From assembly GCF_032191835.1 (NCBI RefSeq), contig NC_083237.1, positions 37,510,001 to 37,574,000 on the forward strand: a stretch of DNA of 64,000 nt, written 5' to 3'. Of this stretch, positions 58,750 through 64,000 are shown piece by piece. This DNA is from Heteronotia binoei. Its lineage: Eukaryota. The notes under the pieces were generated by a model. It saw only the letters and a program-made list of their open reading frames with translations, was not told the DNA's origin and did no database searches. Numbering within the stretch: position 1 is the first letter of the stretch; each line of letters begins with the position of its first letter. Made by a program: the position numbers and the translations under genes.

Positions 58750-60780
58750 TTAGTATTGGAGTAGTGAGGTATGCTGGAAAGTCAATGTTTTCTCCCTTTC
58801 CTCTTTGGAATTCCTAAAAACTTTTCTGCTGGGGGGGGGGGGGCTCTGGCTGGATCAAGTGTTCTCCTTGACCCTCAAGACTGGCTCAGTGAGCATGCCT
58901 CTGTGTTTACTTGACTGTAGCTGTCGCTAAATGCCTTGGTTTGTGTGAATGAGTTAATGTCAGGTATGTCTTTTCCCCCGGCCTCTGAGGCGAGAAAGGC
59001 TAGCTTTGACAGTGCTCCCTCCCACCAAAGTCTTAGAAGTCTAGGTGCCTAATCTTTTCTTCTCCAGCATCTTGCTTCTTTCCCCCATAGGGTAGTTGGG
59101 ATTAACAAATTTCTCCAACAGTCTCACTAATGTCCACTTTTCCTTCTTCTGTCTCCAGACAGCTAGGGTGCCCATAAAAAGCATTGCTTCTTTGTCTCTT
59201 TCCGAGGGAGGGGGAAGGGCAGTGAGTGCTGCTATGCCGCCTTGCTGCTGGCCTCTGCTCTGTTCCTTTTCCACTTGTTTTTTTTTCTCTTTCTGGCAGG
59301 ATCTGATCTAAGTCTTTTGCTCTAGATGGGGTAGCAGCCTTCCCCTTGGGGTTTCGAGGAAAGAGAGATACGGGTTTTCCTCCTATCACTAGTGGTAATA
59401 AAGGAATCTCTGGATTAACTCCTTTGGAACTCTGGCTGTTGAGTCTCTTAATTTGGGCTGGAGGGACTCAACTCTTGGCACAACTTACCCTTGATCACTT
59501 TCCCTATTTCTTAGAGTCTGCCAACTCTCTCATCTCTGCTTCACAGCACGAAGCAAGACTCCACAGATTAGGATAGGCAAAATAGGTCCTACCTACCAGG
59601 GTGCTAAATCCCTCCTAATGAGGAAACCTTGCAGCCCTGGGATCCAGTTCTAAACATTTGACACACAGACAAACACATTCAACAATTCCCAACCTTCTCT
59701 TTCTCATTCTCCTGGGTCCCATCTCCGGAACCTCTCTTATCCCTTCTCGGGGCTTTCTCTGGCACCCCTCCTGCCATCTTTTCTGAAGGAGCACTGCCCT
59801 GGCCTCTTGCCAATTCAAAAGGGCTTACTAGGGACTTAGGCACTCCCCTTTACCCATCAGCTGACTCTTCTTCTTTAATCTCTGGACCCACTCCTTGGGA
59901 CCTCTGGCCTGCTTCTGCTGATCCATGGAGCCACTGCATGCTGGAGATGAACCAAAGAACTCCAGGGAAGCTGAACTCAGCCTCTTGGCACCTCTGGGTC
60001 CCCGAAGGTTGATTTTCTCCCATCCTGGTAGAGCCTCCTTGGACAGCAGAAGTCTATCTGTCCCATCTGGGTCACTAATTGCTGCACACGCCATCTATGC
60101 CAAGAGTTGAGTCCCTCCAGCCCAAATTAAGAGACTCAACAGCCAGAGTTCCAAAGGAGTTGATCCAGAGATTCCTTTATTACCACTAGTGATAGGAGGA
60201 AAACCCGTATCTCTCTATACCACTCTTCCTCCTGCGTTTTTCCTCAAAACCCATCTTTACAAACATAGCATATTTATACAATTTCTGATAACAAAGCAGG
60301 TCTCGTTGATTGGTTACAAATCTTCGCTCTTAGACTTTTGTGGTGTCTCATTGGCTTAAAGAAACCCAACTCTACCAGGGTGAGGTAATTCCTTAGGGAG
60401 TTCTTTGTTCTCTACTCCCAATCTCCCAGCTTCCTGGTATCCCGGTTTCTGGTATCGTTCCAGAGAATGTGTCAGTAAGTACAATCTCCACTGCGTGGGC
60501 GAGATGGCTCCTTTCAAACTAGGAGGTCCTTCCTTGATGCAGGGAGGAATGCTTCCCTTATCAAAGGGTGCTAACAGACCTCTGATAACGTTCTCTTGCT
60601 AGGGAAATGTGTTTCCTTTTTAAAGCAAGCCCTGCAAATATAATACTTTGAAGGTAACAGATCAAATAATTCAATGGTAGTGCAAGGTAGGTTAGAGCAA
60701 ATGAGTTCTGTGATCTGGAGTAGTGCAATTCTATTTGGCACTCTGTTCATGCTCTAATGCAAATCTGAATCTGCGTCCAA
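58750..60780 (-). mobile_element. Rearranged LTR-element fragment inserted in the old L1
   Basis: Minus-strand LTR with TATAAA, AATAAA and terminal CA at 60098, followed by TGGCG; inverted copy of the LTR end at about 59345-59479. Confidence 0.5.
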
Positions 60781-63700
60781 CACTCTCAAGATGGAATGGT
60801 GCAGGACACATGCTGTTAGTCAGGCTTCTAAATATGGGAGACAAATAAAGAATTCTCATCCACTTTAAAATTTTGTGAGGAAAGCCAAATATACACAATG
60901 TAACAAAGATAACTTTCCAATATATTCTTTCAAAGCATCAACTAAAAGGATGGCAACTTGATCAGTATATGGGGGAGGGAACAACACCAAACACAACACC
61001 AAACAACCCACTCCTGAACAATGGAAATCAATCTTGACATCAGTTTCCTGAATTTCATTTTTGTGGTAAATTATATCAACCATACTGATTTTGGCCCCAT
61101 AACAAACCCAGAAGATCCAGACCAGTAAACTCCCAATGATCAAAGCAGAACAAATTTTTTGGTAGAAAAAGCCAGCAAGAACTCATTTGCATGTAAGGCC
61201 ACACCCTCTGATGTCACCATTGTTTCACACAGGGCTTTTTTGTAGAAAAAGCTCAGCAGGAACTCATTTGCATATTAGGCCACATCCCTGGCACCAAGCT
61301 AGCCAGAACTGTGTTGCTCTGCATTCCTGCTCAAAAAAACCCTGATTCAAAGGAATTTCTGGTCTTACCAACAGGATCTAAAATGGAGCAGGTGAGTTAG
61401 TTTCAAAAGAAAAGTTGTTACAGATGCTCCAGCAGGAGAAGCTGTTTGTGGGGAAGAATCTGTTTCTCAACAAATAATTTGACCACACCGAACAGCTTCA
61501 TTTCAGCTGACTTCAGGCTACTTCCTTGCACTTGTATTCTGCAAGGGAGAAAGTGGAGGAGGAAGGAGAAGAGGAGGAGGAAAAAGAAGAAGAATCTTCA
61601 GATATTATTCTGTTTGAGTTCTCAGTTCTTGTCATGGCTCTCACTTTGTTTTGCTGGTTTGGTGAAAATGCCAAAGAAGGGATCAACAGAGCAGATTTGA
61701 GTAGAAGTCACTTTGATCATGTGTGTGAGGAAAAAGCATGTCTTTTTGAAACAAAGAAACGGATACCACATTTTTAAAAAGTTAGTGTCTCCTTTAAGCT
61801 TTCTTTATCAAAGATAAAAAATAAGCAAGTGAGGTCTACAGTGTCAGACTAGACCTCTCAATCATTAACCATTGTCAAGCTCCCTGCATGTGGGTGACTC
61901 TGGGCCAGTCATTTTTGACCTTGCCTTCTTCACAGCATTGATGTCAGGATAAAATGAGGAATGGGAGAACCTTGTATATAGCTCTAGTTCAGGGGTGGCC
62001 AACAGTAGCTCTCCAGATGTTTTTTGCCTACAACTCTCATTAGCCCCAGCCATTGGCCATGCTGGCTGGGGCTGATGGAAATTGTAGGCAAAAACATCTG
62101 GAGAGCTACCGTTGCCCACACCTGCCTAGTTCTTTGCCACAAAAGAAAGGATTTTTTAAAAAAATAACAAAGGTCTGGTAAGTGGAGAACAGTGAATAGT
62201 TTTGGGGTATTTCTCTGCTAACCAGTCTTGAAAAGCTTTGTGTTTTGGGAGAATGGGATTGACTATTGACTAATGGGATTGACTAAACATCAATTTGTTT
62301 GTTAATCAATTTGTTTCCCCTGGTTCTTTGCCCTTCAAGCTTACAGTAGGACCTGAAACCTGTTTACTCAGAAGTAAATAAACTGAGCAGGATTTACTTC
62401 CAACTACATAGGTATAACAATGAAGCCTGAGGACCTTGGGGTTTTTTGGATTTTTGACAAATATTTCCACTAACAAATTGGCTAGGTTGGATTTGACTAA
62501 CGAATTGACTAGGTTGGATAGAGAAGAATCAGCTGCACATAAAGTATCTTGCCAGTATAGGCAAATGATCTCCCATTTATTCCTCCTTATCTTTAAACAT
62601 TGTTGGAATTTATTTATTTATTTTAGTATATTTGTATTCTGCCCATTCCCCGTAGGGCTCACAGCAGAGTACAAAATATGATAAAACCATAAAATACAAC
62701 AAAAACATTTTATAAACAAACAACTCAACAGCACTCAAAAAATTACCATAATCACATATTGCCCAGCCTGGCCGTCTCACATCATGATATCCCATAGAGA
62801 TGGCAGATCTCCATTTTATATGCCTTTTTAAAATGCCTTTTAATTATAAACCAAAACAGTACTGGTGATATAGAAAACCTTTGATCTGGTTTGCATATGG
62901 AAGAGAGAAGTCAAGAGAAATTTAAATTCCATCATCTATTAGAAGCAACCCAGAAGGCTTCATGATTGATAAAGAAAACCTAGCAATGCCCATTACAGAC
63001 ATTCTGACTCACACCGGAGCATTAAAACAGGGCTGCTAACTTAAAACAAAATGCTACATCATGCTTCTCTTCCTAAGGGGCTAGGACCATATTTCTAAAT
63101 ACTTACTCAGCGATAAGTTCCACTGTGCTCAATGGGTCTTACTTCATAGTGAGTGTGTTTAAGACTGAGGTCTTAATTGGACATTAGTCTGAAATTATTG
63201 TGGATTTATATTATTATTACTATCATTAGCAGGGCTTTTGGGGGGCAACAGCACACAGGAATGCAGTTCCAGCTGGCTTGATGTTAGGCCAATATGCAAA
63301 TAGGTTCCTGCTGCACTCTTTCTACAAAAAAGGCCCAGTTGAAACAATAATGATGTCAGGGAGTGTGGTCTAATAAGCAAAGTATTCCTTGCTGGTCTTT
63401 TTCTACAAAAAAAGGTCTTGATTATTAAAATCATTTGTTATTATTAGAAACAAATATGGGATACATCAAATTAACTTGCTTTCAGCAAAGTCTCTGTTTT
63501 CTGTAGATCATTAGAATGCCCATACATCATTGAAACAATTTAACAGGAGTGCTTTTTAAAATGAAAAAGAGGTTTAAAGGCTATCCATACTGTGTTGTAT
63601 AATAGCAGAAAGTGTGGAATTGGGTTTTTAAAAATCTTATATTAAATCCTTAGTTAGCTTCAAAGTTTGCTTGGTAATTTTGGTCTTGTCTCAGTTTAGA

Positions 63701-64000
63701 TTACTTTACAGGGCTGGTTTGTGGGGGGAAATTCTTCCCAACAGGAAACAAAATAACTTAGAACATTGTTCTTTCCCCATGCATTTTATCCTCAAAGCAA
63801 CAACCCACTTTACCATGCTGTCTCACTTTCTGGACAGGTGGGAGGAATAAAGTTCCTTCTGCACATGGGACTTGACCATGATCCAGAGCATAAACAATAT
63901 ACATGGAAACTGATGACAACAGACAAGACAAATATGACTGTGAGAAAGGTTTCCAACTTGTGAGCTCTATCTTATGGACATCCACTCTAATATTCCCTAT

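Noticed and set aside
60150-60213. EIPLLPLVIGGKPVSL resembling a retroviral protease N-terminus
   Set aside because: No DTG motif follows, and the opposite strand reads better as LTR R-U5 with AATAAA and a terminal CA.

Overview
Vertebrate genomic DNA with a squamate, probably gecko-type, repeat landscape (inferred from the SINE and CR1 content). The window holds an olfactory-receptor cluster: one plus-strand OR14-like gene (8576-9553) and three intact minus-strand paralogues (16979-17914, 38408-39343, 54745-55677) in tandem segmental duplicates. These sit in dense transposon sequence: a near full-length CR1, L1, RTE-X-like, Copia and LTR fragments, SINEs, and hAT, Harbinger and Tc1 MITEs. 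The most interesting feature is the tyrosine-recombinase (Ngaro-type) retrotransposon at 1-3721. Its terminal SGNH-hydrolase ORF has no usable start codon upstream of the catalytic serine. It is preceded by a splice acceptor (2694-2695) whose phase matches a strong splice donor (GAG|GTAAGC, 44|45) at the end of the gag-like ORF1. Splicing would remove RT/RNaseH/YR and give an in-frame Gag-esterase fusion. A second, diverged Ngaro remnant (47661-49040, minus) keeps an acceptor at the same position and phase. Two OR paralogues also share a predicted upstream exon carrying a spliced uORF that overlaps the OR start out of frame. All splicing calls are sequence predictions, no database searches were run, and repeat family names come from motif recognition.
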